From contig MU053758.1 of the NCBI GenBank assembly GCA_013239625.1, positions 868,001-932,000 on the forward strand: DNA of 64,000 nt, given 5' to 3'. Below, piece after piece: positions 25,936 to 38,532 of this stretch; the stretch's first letter is position 1; each line of letters opens with the position of its first letter. This stretch comes from Lama guanicoe. Taxonomy: Eukaryota. Below the pieces are notes generated by a model. That model saw nothing but the letters and a program-made list of their open reading frames with translations. It made no database searches and was not told the origin of the DNA. Both the position numbers and the translations under genes were made by a program.

Positions 25936-26837
25936 TATGATAGAGAGATGTCTTTCCTCCTTTGGGGAAGTTCATGAAGAGAGGATTCCAGAAATAAAGC
26001 AGAAAAACGTTGCCAAAGTGATGTACAGCTGTTATACAACACATCTACATCTGTGGTATATAGTTTACACTTGACACTTCCCTCCTGAGTTTGTTGGGGG
26101 GAAAAAAAGATGGAAAGAGACATATAAAAGCACTTGGAAAATTTTTAAGTGTTGCAGGTACTGTTACTATTACTGTTCCCAGTGGGAAAAGTACACATGT
26201 AATGGTATTTAGTCAAACCTTGCTCAGCAACCAGAGCTTTCATAGAAAAGGAAAAAAAACTTACTCCTAAATCATTGAGTAAGGAAAATAAGTGACATAG
26301 GGAAACAAATCAGAAGTATTGGACTTAGTCTGCAAACTGGAGGCCCATAAAAGAGACAACATAAGACATGCTACATGGTATCAGCAGCTTCCTCTGGTAA
26401 CTACTGCTCTCCAGCCTCTATGGACCTCTGTGTTGTACCATGGCCTTCATTATCACATATGTGCTTTTGAGGTGCTTAGTTCATAGATCTGTAGTTGTGT
26501 CAAATATAGTTCTCCCCAATGGATTGCAACCAATTAGAGAGTAGGCTTTGATCTCCTACTTCCTTGGTAAATTATCACTCCAGGATCTTTTGTGCACACC
26601 TGACAGTGAAATGCACTTGAATGCTCAGAAACTTTTGTGAAGCAAGTGAATTAGAGCATATGTATAAGATATAATGACAATTAATTTTCACTAACTTTTC
26701 TGTAAATATGGAAGTATGTATTTATTGTGGCCTGGAATTGATAGTTCAATTCAGATCATTGGGTTGGAAAGAACTTTGAGGCAATGAGAGATATGAGTCA
26801 ATGGGATGAAACGACAGTTCAACTCCTTCCTTTTAAA

Positions 26838-27590
26838 CATTCATTCATACATTAATCCAAATACTTACCAAGTGCCTCCCGTTATAGGTTCTGTTCTAAG
26901 CCCTCTGGGGATAGAAATGGAGGTGTCAAAGGTGAATGAGACATGGCAGAAGTTAAGACATGTACCCAAATAACTGCAATTCAGGAGGTTATGTGATGAG
27001 TGCTTAGGTGCTGCAGCAACTCCAGGGAGACCAGTCAGGTTAAGATTAGAGTGATGAGGAGAACCAAGAGGCTCGGAAATTGCTCAGAGATCTTTGCATA
27101 GCTGGGAGGCTTCAGTTGGAGTCAGTCTGAGCTGTTGCTTGGTATCTTTAGGCAAATCACTTAACCTCTTCTGGTCTTAATATAAGAAATTAAATAATTT
27201 GATCTCTAAAACTCTTCCAGCTCTAAAACTCCATGATTCATGAAGTAGCTGCATTTGAGTCAGGCCTTAAAGGATGGACAGAAAAAAAAGTGAGAGAAAT
27301 TCTGTGATACTAGAATTTCAATAGGTAGAGATGAGGGAGGATAAAATTGAGGGTGGCAAAGTCTAGAGTGAAGGGGCTACATCTACAAAGGTGCAGGGGT
27401 GGGGAAAATGTGAGCTGTGCTCAGGAAACAACCAGTCCAAGCTAACAGAGTTTACTTAATTGCAGGGGGATGAAAAGAGAGAGAACTGGAAGGTAAATCA
27501 GCCAGATTTATGGAAAACTTTGAATGCCAGTCTGAGGCCTACTATTCAGTCTAATTGAAGCTTTTTAAGAATGTAATCACTGTCCTTTGC
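26838..27590 (-). mobile_element. L2 fragment(s), interrupted by a MIR-like piece near 27100-27240
   Basis: cattcattcatacattaatccaaatacttaccaagtgcct at the L2 terminus; gcatttgagtcaggccttaaaggatggacag; tggaaaactttgaatgccagtctgagg. Confidence 0.65.
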
Positions 27591-27884
27591 TTTAGATGCC
27601 ATCCAGGTGACTAAATTACCTAGGCCTTCCATTTCAGTTGCAAGTTAATACTGTAATGTGCCAGGCTCTGTCCCAAGTGGTTTACATAGGTTAGTTTATT
27701 TTATCTTTGTAAAACCCAATGAGAAAGGGAATATGAAGAAAAGTAGTTTAGACACAATGAAAGAAAAGAAACTGAAATGGAATAAAATAGGAAAGTTATG
27801 AAATCCTATGTATAAGAAATGAGATGAACATAAAATATGATTCTAAAATAGATTTTAGTGAAAATAAATCAACCATTTAAAATT

Positions 27885-27990
27885 ATTGAACCCATTTTGT
27901 AGATGAGAAAACTGAGGCACAGAGAAGTTAAGTAACTTTCCCAAGTTTACACAGAAAATAAAGTGTCAGGGCTAGTAGTCAAACCCATTT
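27885..27990 (-). mobile_element. MIR core
   Basis: cccattttgtagatgagaaaactgaggcacagagaagttaagtaactttcccaagtttacacag is close to the MIR consensus. Confidence 0.9.
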
Positions 27991-28247
27991 GTTACAGCTA
28001 TTTAGAAAACTTATTCATGCTATCTTCATTTTTCTCTCTTTACATAATAAGTTACACAGAGCAGCCATTCTCAAAGTGTAATGAAGGCACTTTTACCCAA
28101 CTCCAGTGTGAGCAAGAAACAACTTCTTATAACAGCAGCCTGTCATTATTTAAGGAAACAACTGTTTTATCAGAAAATGTTCATTAAAATGCTGCTTTTT
28201 AAAAATCAGATTGTAGGTTGTGTTTTATAAAAATGACAGTCATTTTT

Positions 28248-28920
28248 CTCCTACACTGCTGGTGGGAATGCAGTTTGGTGCAGCCACTATGGAAAACAGT
28301 GTGGAGATTCCTCAAAAGACTAGGAATAGACTTACCATATGACCCAGGAATCCCACTCCTGGGCTTGTATCCAGAAGGAAATCTACTTCAGGATGACACC
28401 TGCACTCCAATGTTCATAGCAGCACTATTTACAATAGCCAAAACATGGAAACAGCCTAAATGTCCATCAACAGGTGACTGGATAAAGAAGATGTGGTATA
28501 TTTATACAATGGAATACTACTCAGCCATAAAAACCGACAACATAACGCCATTTGCAGCAACATGGATGCTCCTAGAGAATGTCATTCTAAGTGAAGTAAG
28601 CCAGAAAGAGAAAGAAAAATACCATATGAGATCGCTCATATGTGGAATCTAAAGACTCATGGACAGAGAATACAGACTTGTGGTTACCAGGGGGGTAGAG
28701 GGTGGGAAGGGATAGACTGGGATTTCAAAATTGTAGAATAGATAAACAAGATTACACTGTATAGCACAGGGAAATATACGCAAAATGTTGTGATAAATCA
28801 CAGAGAAAAAAATGTGACAATGAGTGTGTATATGTCCATGGATGACTGAAAAATTGTGCTGAACACTGGAATTTGACACAACATTGTAAAATGATTATAA
28901 ATCAATAAAAAATGTTTAAA
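28248..28920 (+). mobile_element. Young 5'-truncated L1 (ORF2 C-terminus + 3' UTR + short A tail) with 19-bp TSD
   Basis: Uninterrupted ORF2p C-terminal peptide (HCWWEC...PYDP...TPMFIAALFTIAKTWKQPKCPS...EYYSAIK...stop at 28652), AATAAA near the 3' end, and identical TSDs aaaaatgacagtcattttt at 28229-28247 and 28921-28939. Confidence 0.97.
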
Positions 28921-31900
28921 AAAAATGACAGTCATTTTTGAAAAGCACAAATATCCCAGAAATTCAAGAGGGGCAATTTCTCCAGCCAAGTTGAAGAGGA
29001 AGATAACCCCTGTCTTCCAGAGTTCTGCCATTTTAGATTCCACAATTTTGGAGCTGCCAAGAGTCCCTCAGGTTTCCCAAGCATAAAACTGCTCCTTAGG
29101 AAGGAAGGAAAATCAGAAAGTCACTCCTTCCCCATGTGCCCAGCTTCTGTACGTAAAGTGGTGCATTCTTTCTCTAACCTCTGGCTAAGCAAGGACTTTG
29201 TATTGAAATCGGAAATCTCCCATTCCTATCGTGTACAGTTATGGTCCATGTTCCAGACCCATGAAAAAACGGAAAGAACCCATGCAGCATTTTGAGGTTC
29301 TAGAACAAATAACAAATGTCACTGACACTCTTCAGCTCTTCTGCTGGTTTGTTTGTGACAAGTATAATTTTTAACTGATTACTGAGACATTTTCCCTGTA
29401 AAAGTATCTTCTAAGTGGCTCTTCATGCATTTTGCTAGGCAGTTTGGTCATTTCTTAGTTTGAGCAAATCCTCTAAGGTTCCCAAGTTTCCTTTACTGCA
29501 CTGTATCATCAATAGAGTTTTCAGGTTTCTTCCCCGCCACTTGCTTCTAAATGTTTGCTGAAATGAACCCTTAACAGGAAGTAAACTTGCCAGGCATGGC
29601 CCAGCTGTGCATGAGGCTTGAGTGAGAGGTATTTATGACCTGACAGGAAGATAAAGATAAAGATAAAGATGAAGCTGACTCGGTGGCTGTTAGCAAGGGG
29701 AGAAGGAAATGTTTATGACCCCATCTGCTGGCGTTTCAATAGAATAGAACTGCCTTTATGGCGTCAATCTCCCCTGTGACTTCCTTCCATTTGGGGAGCG
29801 ATATCTTATTTCAAGATGTTCCCACCGAACACACTGTTGTCCCCTTTGTTTAGGGGCGCGGGAGGAAGGAAGGACTTTGTTACTGGAATGTGGGGATGGG
29901 GTGGTATTTATGGTTATGACTCAAGCTGGAGAAAAGGCTTCATTGGAGTTTATTGTATAGGTCCAGAAAGCTGCCATGCGTTCTGCTACTTCCTAAGCGT
30001 TACTCACACTGAAAGCAGAACCATATTAGCTCTGGTCATTAACAGGCATTAAAGCTAACCATTTTATAACACTATTATAATGAGAATTACTGTAGCTTGA
30101 TTTCCTTTCCCACTGGGGGGAAAAATAACTTTTATAATGTTAGTTCCTTGTTTCTTGTCTTTTATTTAATTTTTCTTATTTTCCTTCTCAACGTTTTTTT
30201 TCTTTCCTTTCCTTGGAGAAGACACTTAAAACCAACAGGTGCAATGTCTGCTCAGTTCAAAATTTATGTACTTGTAGCAAAAGCAGCATGATCCCTTTCT
30301 TAAAACTAGCCCAGGTTAAGAGAGCTTGCAGATAGATTGACATTTCTTTGTGAAGTAATGTATTTCAAAAGTGCCAAAAATATGGGAATATTCTTACAAT
30401 ACAATATCTAGTGCATCACTGAAACTGGTGTTTATATATATATATTGATAGTATTCATTTTACTGCAAAGTAAGTATTTATTTCTCAGTTTTATTTGTAC
30501 TTCCCCCAGGCCCATTAGTACAGATTAAATTTTATATTAAATTGCTCAAATAATCAGCACAATATATGTAAATCAGGAGCTTTAACTTCATTGGCGCTAT
30601 TTGTGTGAATATATGTGACCATATTCAACATAGCCATTTTTTCTTTGCAAAAAACAAGCTTTCTTTCCTCTTTAGTGCTACAATTCTATTTCCAAAAGAT
30701 GAATTATTTACCAAATTATATACACAAAAAGCTCAAAATTACAAAAGGAATGGCTTTGCTATTGCCATTGGGTTAGTCATTTAAAGAACAGAGGAAAGAA
30801 TTTTTGTTTTGGGGTGAGTCACCCAATGATGGGATTATATACCTCCTTAAGGTCCTATCTTCATTTTCACTGGTTGGAAGGAGTTGGGGAGAAGATGGCT
30901 TGCTCAAGCATTTTTCCCCAGAGAATTCCATAGTAATATTTTTTTAATGGAAGAGTCCTGTAGTTAAGTTGGGCAGATTGGTTATAATCTTTGTACCTGA
31001 TTACTTAAAGCCTAGAAGGTAATAGTGTGTGACAAGTTGCATTTTACATCATAGCCCAGGTATAGTCAATTCACAAAGTAGAAATATTCTGGTGGCAATG
31101 TCCCTTCAAGGAATTAGAGCTATCACTGAAATAAAACCTCATATAAACACTGACTATCATAAAGCCGAGATTTGATCCTTGATTTTACTGAAGTTTCTCC
31201 AAAAAACATTCTATCATTTCTTCTACAGTACAGGCCCAAGTCTTGGTATGTTCAATAGACCAGTAAGTCTAATTGCAGCCATATTTATTCAGTGTGATCC
31301 CTGAGAATAATTTGATAGGCCTGCTAGGAGAGATCCTATCACACCTGCAATTTTCTGAGACCTTCTTCTGAGCTACAGGTTACCAGGTGGCATTCTTATT
31401 AGCAAAGGTTCAAACCATACCATCAAATGGTTCAAACCACATAACCTCCTGTCTTAGGAGTTAAGCTAGCTTCCTAACCCTCCCTTGCAGTGGTTAACTC
31501 CACTGAGAAGTGTTCTATCAGCAATAATAGCTTCAAGGTAGGAAATAAAAAATGGAGAGTGTTTAAGTTGTTAATGGGTTTCATGTTCTTGTCACTGTTG
31601 AGGGTTTGTTCCCTTTTATAAACTCATAGTTTTTGGTTGACATTGCTTTTATGCGAGCCATCAGCCAGTTGGTGATGGTGTTGCTGTGTTAGACCATTAC
31701 TGCCGGATTGTATTTGCAGTAAAGAAGGAGAATGGAGGCTGTAAATCTGCAGCTGGAGATTTAGGGCTCTGTTTCTCTGCAGTTTAGGCCCATGTGCTGG
31801 GGAGTCCATTCTCCTCCGGCAGAATTATACCCTCCAAACATGCCTTCCCAGGCACTGATCGACGACGTTCATTCCCTGGGCTACCAAGGCACTTAATACG

Positions 31901-34900
31901 GCTAATTCAGTTAAAGAAGCCTGAGGGGTGAGGTGGATGAGCCTCTCTCTCTCTGCTGGAAGCCAGATGCCAGGCAGGTTAGTGATACTGTTTTATCCCT
32001 TCCCCCGTGTGAAGCTGTGAGGAGAAGCTTGTTACTGCAAACACAGAGAAAAATAAGAAGAAAATGCTTCTAATGTTGGACTCTTTCCTCCTTTTAAGCA
32101 GGAAATGCTGCTTTACCCAAACTCATTAACGCTTTTAGTACTAAGCCCATTATCAGGAATATTCAGGAAACACATTCTTGGAGAATTCAGGATGTGTCAG
32201 AGGCCTGCGTATCTTGACATCATTTTACAAAGCTACCACCGGAGCATGAAAGCAGGGGAGTCCGTGCTTTGGGGACAGGTAACTAGAAAATAGAAAAAAA
32301 ATTTTCCCGCCTTGACCCAGCCAGTTGGTTTTGATTGAGAAGATAGTATCTGTTATTGTTGGATTCAGAAATATTTTGGAAGAACATCAGTGTTAAGTAT
32401 ATTTAGAATGGCTTTATTAATCATGTATCATTTCCACTACTAGATGTTTTATAGTGAAAAGAATGTTAAAATACTTCTTTGGTGGCAAAAGTTGTAGGCA
32501 TGATTTTAGATGTGTTTTGTTTTGCTTTGTTGGGCCTGCCCTGGAGAGAAAGAACGGTAAATATAGACTCATCCGCACGATCGCTCTGAGGCATGTGGGT
32601 CTGCTTTCTGCGTCAGCTGTGGCACAAATGTTCATGATTTAACCACACAACTATTGAACCAGCATTGGCCTATTAAGACTTCAGATGATCTGTTCATGAG
32701 CTGTCAGCCCAAATTGAGCTTGAAGCCTGCTGTAAAAGATCTAATTTTCATAATTATCCAGAACGTTCACACCCTCCTTCCCTTCAGTACCACGCACCTC
32801 CACACACGCACACAGAGGAGTAAACACACACACACAGACACGGAGGCACAGAGCTGCACTGTCCCTGGAGATTCATCAGGCCCCTTGCCCGAAAATGCAC
32901 CGAGTTCATCCAGGGGTCAGGCCTGGCTTTGACTTCCTGTTTGAGGAGCCCCATGTGTGGTATTCCAGCATTGCTAGAGGCTAGTGAAGACTGAGTAACC
33001 TTTCACACTGTAGCCTCCCACCAAGAAACGAGGTCCCTTATGATCCTGGACCTGGAGTGATTAGGGCACAACAAATACCTTTTTAATATATAAGGTGGAA
33101 CTAATGCCTATAGAAATAGCACCTCACTGTCTCATGGCCTTACATTTCTATGAAGAAGAGAGAGCTGTTGTCTTTGAGGATGAAGAATTTTAAAGGCAAC
33201 CTGATTTAGTCTCAGAGTACACCAGGGACTTTGATCATTTAGCTGTTGCTTAAGGCTACCTTTGAGCTTTACCTGACCCTAGTCTCCAAAGGAAATCATC
33301 GTACTGCGTTTGGAGTTTCAGCTGGTAATATCCCTCTAGGTAACCTGGCCTGAAATGTGGACCAGTGGGAACAGGCAGCACGTTCAGGCTTAACCCTTTG
33401 CAGCACTGGGGATAAAGAGTACATGCTCGGAGGAGTCGATCATTCTGACGTGCCTCCAGTAATTCCACTGGAACCACACTGCACGATAAACCATTCGGTC
33501 CCTGGACATAGATTGCCCATGAGTTAGGGGTGGACAGGCAGCACTTTACTAGGTTCTGCTCATACAACCTCAGGTTTTTGAGGCAGCTGAGGCTTTAATT
33601 CCTTGTCTTAACATGGGACAACTGTATTTCTACACTGGTTGTCAATTGGCTTTGCCCTCAGAGGGCATTTGCTGCAACTCAGGGTTCTACAGTTAGAATA
33701 AAGGGAGTTATTTCCTGTCTTCACTGCTTTTTGCCTTTTTTTTTTTATCATCAGTAGAGACTGAGTACATTACTCAAAACTTGGCTTTTCCCTGAAGTCC
33801 GTTGTTTACAGAGAGACATTTGGGTCCCTGGGGCTCACTCTCATAAAACCTTATTATCATATATTTCAAGGCATAAACTTCAGTTGTCAGCTCAGGAGCA
33901 CAGTTTTTAAAGCCCTGGCTGCTCTTGTTTTTCTCCTGCTTCACTCTGGTTTATTTTTCTTTCAACCTTGGCTTTTTTTTCCTCTTCCTCATCTCAAGCA
34001 ATGCTCAGTTCCAAGCTGGCTCGCTTCTTATTCCACTAATTAGACAAGAAGTCCAGAGAGGCCATTATTAGATTCTGAGAATCTTTATCAGAGCCCATTA
34101 TGGTCTTAAATACTACACAAACATTTTACTAACTGAACCCATGAAAATTTCAGCTGATCCATCCTTGGTCTTTAGCACCTACCTTCTTTTGTACCTACAG
34201 AGTTCTGTTTCTGATGATAGAGATTCTTAAAAGCTTATTTTTCTTTCTATTAATTTTCCTAGAGGCAATTCAAGTTCGTTTCCTCTCTCTCTCTCTCTCT
34301 CTCCCCCTACCCCCCGGTCTCGTTCTAATTACGGTGATGGTGGTGGAGGGGTGTCTGAGAAGCCTGCTTTTTCTTGGTGGGGTATGTGTGAATGTGTGTA
34401 AATGTCATATGTATTAATGTCACCAGTGAGTAGGATTCATAGTCGCCTGCTTTTCTCTCTCTCTCTCTCTCTTTTTTTTTTTTTTTTACAGGGCCAGGGA
34501 TTATTTGTATGGACCAATAATCTCCCTTTTCTTTCAATGGAAGAATAATCCTGCATTATAATATAGTAACTGCAAAAGAAAGCTCTTTTTCTATTTCATT
34601 CTTTTCTTTCTTAATTCACTGTCTAGTGAGTTTCTGATTGACTCACAGACCAATTAAAGTAAAATTTAATGGAAGAATAGATTAACTCCCTGAGGTTTCC
34701 CTACCATCCATCACATTTTTATAGCAGGAGCTGTGAGGAAGCTCATAACTTCATGCTGTGAATGTGATAATAAAGAGGGCACGGAGAGGATTCCGATTTA
34801 CTGCCGAGCTCATGTTCGCCAGGACAGAATTTACTGCCCAATCCCCTTCCCCTTTTTATTCAGGAGGAGGTCACCAGATCTGCCCTCAGCCCAGGTCTGC

Positions 34901-35689
34901 GATACTGAAGGGCAGATTGTCAGGCCGAGATTCTTTCCCTTTAATTGGGGTGGCGTGAGGAGGGGATGTGCATTTCATTGTCCAGAGATGGAAATTGTGT
35001 TAAATTCATTTCTGTCTTGAGGAAGCTGTTGTCACCCCAAGTGTTCATATTTTTAAAGGGTGCATTTGATTTGTTACTATTTACCTTCATAGACATTCAG
35101 AAATAATATCAGGCATTTCTGCTTCTGAGTTACTAAGTCATTGTCTTTTATCTGCAGGCTTTTCTGGGTAACTAAAGATACCTTTCTCTACATCTTTATA
35201 GCCGACATTAATAATGTCTTCTTCTGGGCATCCTCAAATGAGGATCTCAAAGCACTTTGTGATCATTATTTTAGTCTTTCTAATTGGCCAGAAAAAAACC
35301 TACTAGCCTTCCAGACATTTTACCAGTTTACTAACGTTTCTCTGATTCAGCTTAACAGTGAAGTGTGACAGTGCTCACAATGTAACAGTAGTCATGTGAC
35401 GCAGCTCCACACCCATGCCTGAGATTAATTTTGTACATTTACTAAAATTGTTACTTCATGTAGCAAAATTTATTTTTTAGACCTTGAGTATTTAAACCTA
35501 TGTCGAGTTTCATGACTATATTAATCTTTTTTTTCTTTTTCAGAAGCTTGGTAAGATGGAATCAGTATTTAAAAATCATGCTCATCTGATTATGTTTGAA
35601 ATCAAAACATGTCTGAACTGAAATTACTATCTGTCTCTCCCCTCACCAACCCACTCTTGTTTTTTTATAAAAAAAACTTAAACAGGAGA

Positions 35690-36065
35690 ACCCACCCTTC
35701 AAAGTGTTATAGGTTGGAAACTTAGGAATCGTCCTAGATTCTCTCTCTCTCTCCTCCACACCCAACATTTCATCGGTCACCAAGGCCCACTGAGTCTACC
35801 TCTTCAATATCTCGAAACCACCCCCTTCTCTCCATCTCTTGCCTTAGTCTTACTTCACGTTTCTCGTTATCTCTTTGTTGGAATGTTATGATCATCTTCC
35901 AGCAGATCTCCCTCTCTTCACTCTCATCATTCCCCCTCCAAGCCATCCTCAGTGCTTGAATAAAAGAATAATTCCCCTAAAATGCAATTGTATGATTTTA
36001 TTGCTAAAAATATTTAAGTGACTGCCCATTGCTTACAAGACAAATTTAAATCCTGTCCATAACCT
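35690..36065 (+). mobile_element. L2 fragment
   Basis: gaaacttaggaatcgtcctagattctctctc...catcggtcaccaaggcccactgagtctacctcttcaatatctcgaa. Confidence 0.75.
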
Positions 36066-36439
36066 ACGCAACCATTAGCAAAGCAGCATAGCTTCATAGC
36101 TTAGAGCCGTGATTCCTAGACCTGGAGGATGTCATGGGATTGCCAGTTTTTAATTTTGACAAGAATATCTTTTTGAAAAACTCTCACCTTCCATCAACAT
36201 AATTTCACAAAAGGAATATTTTGATGTCAGAAAGTAGGAAGAACACAAGTTCAAAATAAGTTCTCTTTTTGAGTAGTTATGTAACTTATGGGGGAAAAAA
36301 ATCACTTTGTACTTCTTATTTTTCTCATTTTACTATAGTCCTGAAAGCTTTGTGATGTTCTCTTACTGTATTTGGGAACCTAGAGTTGGTGAGGCATAGC
36401 AAATATCTTTTCAATATGTAAGGAAGAACTGATGATGGT

Positions 36440-36670
36440 CTCTGGAGTTATAAAGAGCTGGATTTGAAATCCAGCTTCACGACTTCATAGTTGTATGATC
36501 ATGGGCAAGTTGCTTATTCTCACTAAATTCAATTTCCTTTCTCTGTAAAATAGCATTGTGTTTGAAGATATAGTACATGATATAACACATATAAAGCATT
36601 GTGTTTGAAGATACAGTACATGATATAACACATATAAAGTGTTTGGCCCAGCGTCTGGCACACAGTAACC
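36440..36670 (+). mobile_element. MIR carrying an internal 43-bp tandem duplication
   Basis: gctggatttgaaatccagc...tgtatgatcatgggcaagttgcttattctc...ctctgtaaaatag...taaagtgtttggcccagcgtctggcacacagtaa. Confidence 0.75.
36552..36637. repeat. 43-bp tandem duplication (2 copies, 1 mismatch)
   Basis: agcattgtgtttgaagata(t/c)agtacatgatataacacatataa occurs twice in tandem. Confidence 0.95.
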
Positions 36671-37597
36671 ACAGTGACCTCATGGCCACATCTCCTCTCA
36701 CTCCCCTACAAGCACCCTATGTCCAGAGATACACTAAAGTGTACCCAAGTGGTCCCCTGGACCAAAACACACGGGCACACCTTGGCACGTGCTTTCCTCT
36801 TTGCCTGGAATCTGTTCCTTCTAACTGTGTGTCTGGTGGATTCCTATTCTTCCTTCAAGACTCAGCTCAAACTTCACAGTCTCAGCCAACATCCCTAGTT
36901 TTCCCTCCTCCCCCATTGGCAAACTGTGTTCCATGGTCCCCTAGCATTTTATAGATGGCCAGACTCACAATAAGTGCTTGTTAAATTTCTTTGTTTAATC
37001 TCAATAAGTGACTAAATAACTTAATGTTATAGAAAAATTTATATTTGAGGTTTTATCACTTTTTAGTCATTAATTCAGTGACTATTTGTTGAGAACCTAC
37101 TATGATGCATAAACCCCCTGCATAGGGTATATTCCAGTAACAATAAGGCAGTGTTCAGTACTCAGGAAGACTTAGTTACTCTCTTCTGTGATTCCATGGA
37201 ATCTGGTAGAAGCATTAATACCAATGATAATTTTTATTACAATTATTTGTTTGCCTTCTGTCCTCTTCCTCTCTAGAGTGAGTTCCTTGAGGACAATTAT
37301 CTTACTCGTTTTTGTCTCTCTAGTACCTAAAGCTCAGTGTATATTTGTTGAATAAATGAAGGAATATCAGAAAGCATTCTGAACTTTAAAGAGCTTAATG
37401 AACCTTGTTAACTCTATGGTTGATTGTATTGTCCTGACTTTGAAAGGACACCATCATCCCATGCCAGTGTATCTGTTTTTAAAAGGCTGAACATCTCTTC
37501 TGGTGGGTCCACATGAATTTTATCCTTCAAACTACATCTGCTGCTCCATCCAAAAACCTAGGGTGGTTTCTCAAGTCCATGGATCATCTTATTTCTA

Positions 37598-37698
37598 AGA
37601 AAGAAAGGAAGAAAGGGAGAAAGAGAGAAAGAGAGGGAAGGAGGGAGGAAGGGAGGGAGAAAGAAGGAGGGAGGTGGGGGCATGAGGGAGGAAGGAAG
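37598..37698. repeat. GA-rich low-complexity polypurine tract
   Basis: agaaagaaaggaagaaagggaga...gggagggagaaagaaggaggg. Confidence 0.9.
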
Positions 37699-38506
37699 GT
37701 CACTTGAGCCATTTGAGCTGTATACCAGACTGTCCTAAGAAATACAGATCTTTTGTATGTTCTGGCGTCTTTTACTTCTGGTCCAAGTACACATGAGACT
37801 TGTTATTTTGGTGAATGTTATTTGGATGATATTATTTGGGGAATAAAATATCCTCTACACTTGCAAAGAATGTTCTCAGTGCCATGAGTTGGATTTGGGA
37901 GGTGAACAGCAACATTCCCAGCCGTTCTCAGTTTTGCTGCACTACTAAAAGCTGCACCTCATGGGCAGTTAAACCTCTCTCTGGTCATGCTTGTCCCAGT
38001 TGAACACATCACACAGCAGCATCTTGGCTATTCTGCCATTATTTCCTGAGCACAGGATAAAATGCCTGCATTCTGCATTCCAGAGTTTTGCTGTAATTGA
38101 TCTTGTTCTGAAGTTGCTGCTAAATGAAATCTGTGAGTGACACTGATGAACTCACTAGAAGAATGAAAGCTAACTTTTGAGACTGTTCATACTTCATAGC
38201 TACACGGCAAGTTAGGACAATCCACTACTTAGACCTTCAGCTGTTATGATGCTTAATGCTCCATGCTCACACATTCTGTGATACTTCCTAACTATAGACA
38301 TTTTTGTTCATTTCTCAGTTTCCTTGTAAACCAGTGCCACCTCCCTAACTTCATTTGCCTTTGCTGCTTATTCCCCCTTTTATACAGCAGCAATGCCAGA
38401 TAGCCCTCACTTTGTATATCTTTTTTTCTATAGATCGTTCTTCTATTCTTAGAGAAATTTTATTCATCATTCTAAACTCAGTTCAGTCTTTGTTCTGTGA
38501 AGCCTT

Positions 38507-38532
38507 CACACACACACACACACACACACACA
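38507..38532. repeat. (CA)13 microsatellite
   Basis: Read directly. Confidence 0.95.

Noticed and set aside
28218..28652. 144-aa ORF as a host gene
   Set aside because: It is the C-terminal piece of L1 ORF2p in a 5'-truncated copy. The listed start lies in flanking DNA and is not ATG.
31407..31439. 11-bp direct repeat ggttcaaacca x2
   Set aside because: Only two short copies, compatible with local slippage; not an array.
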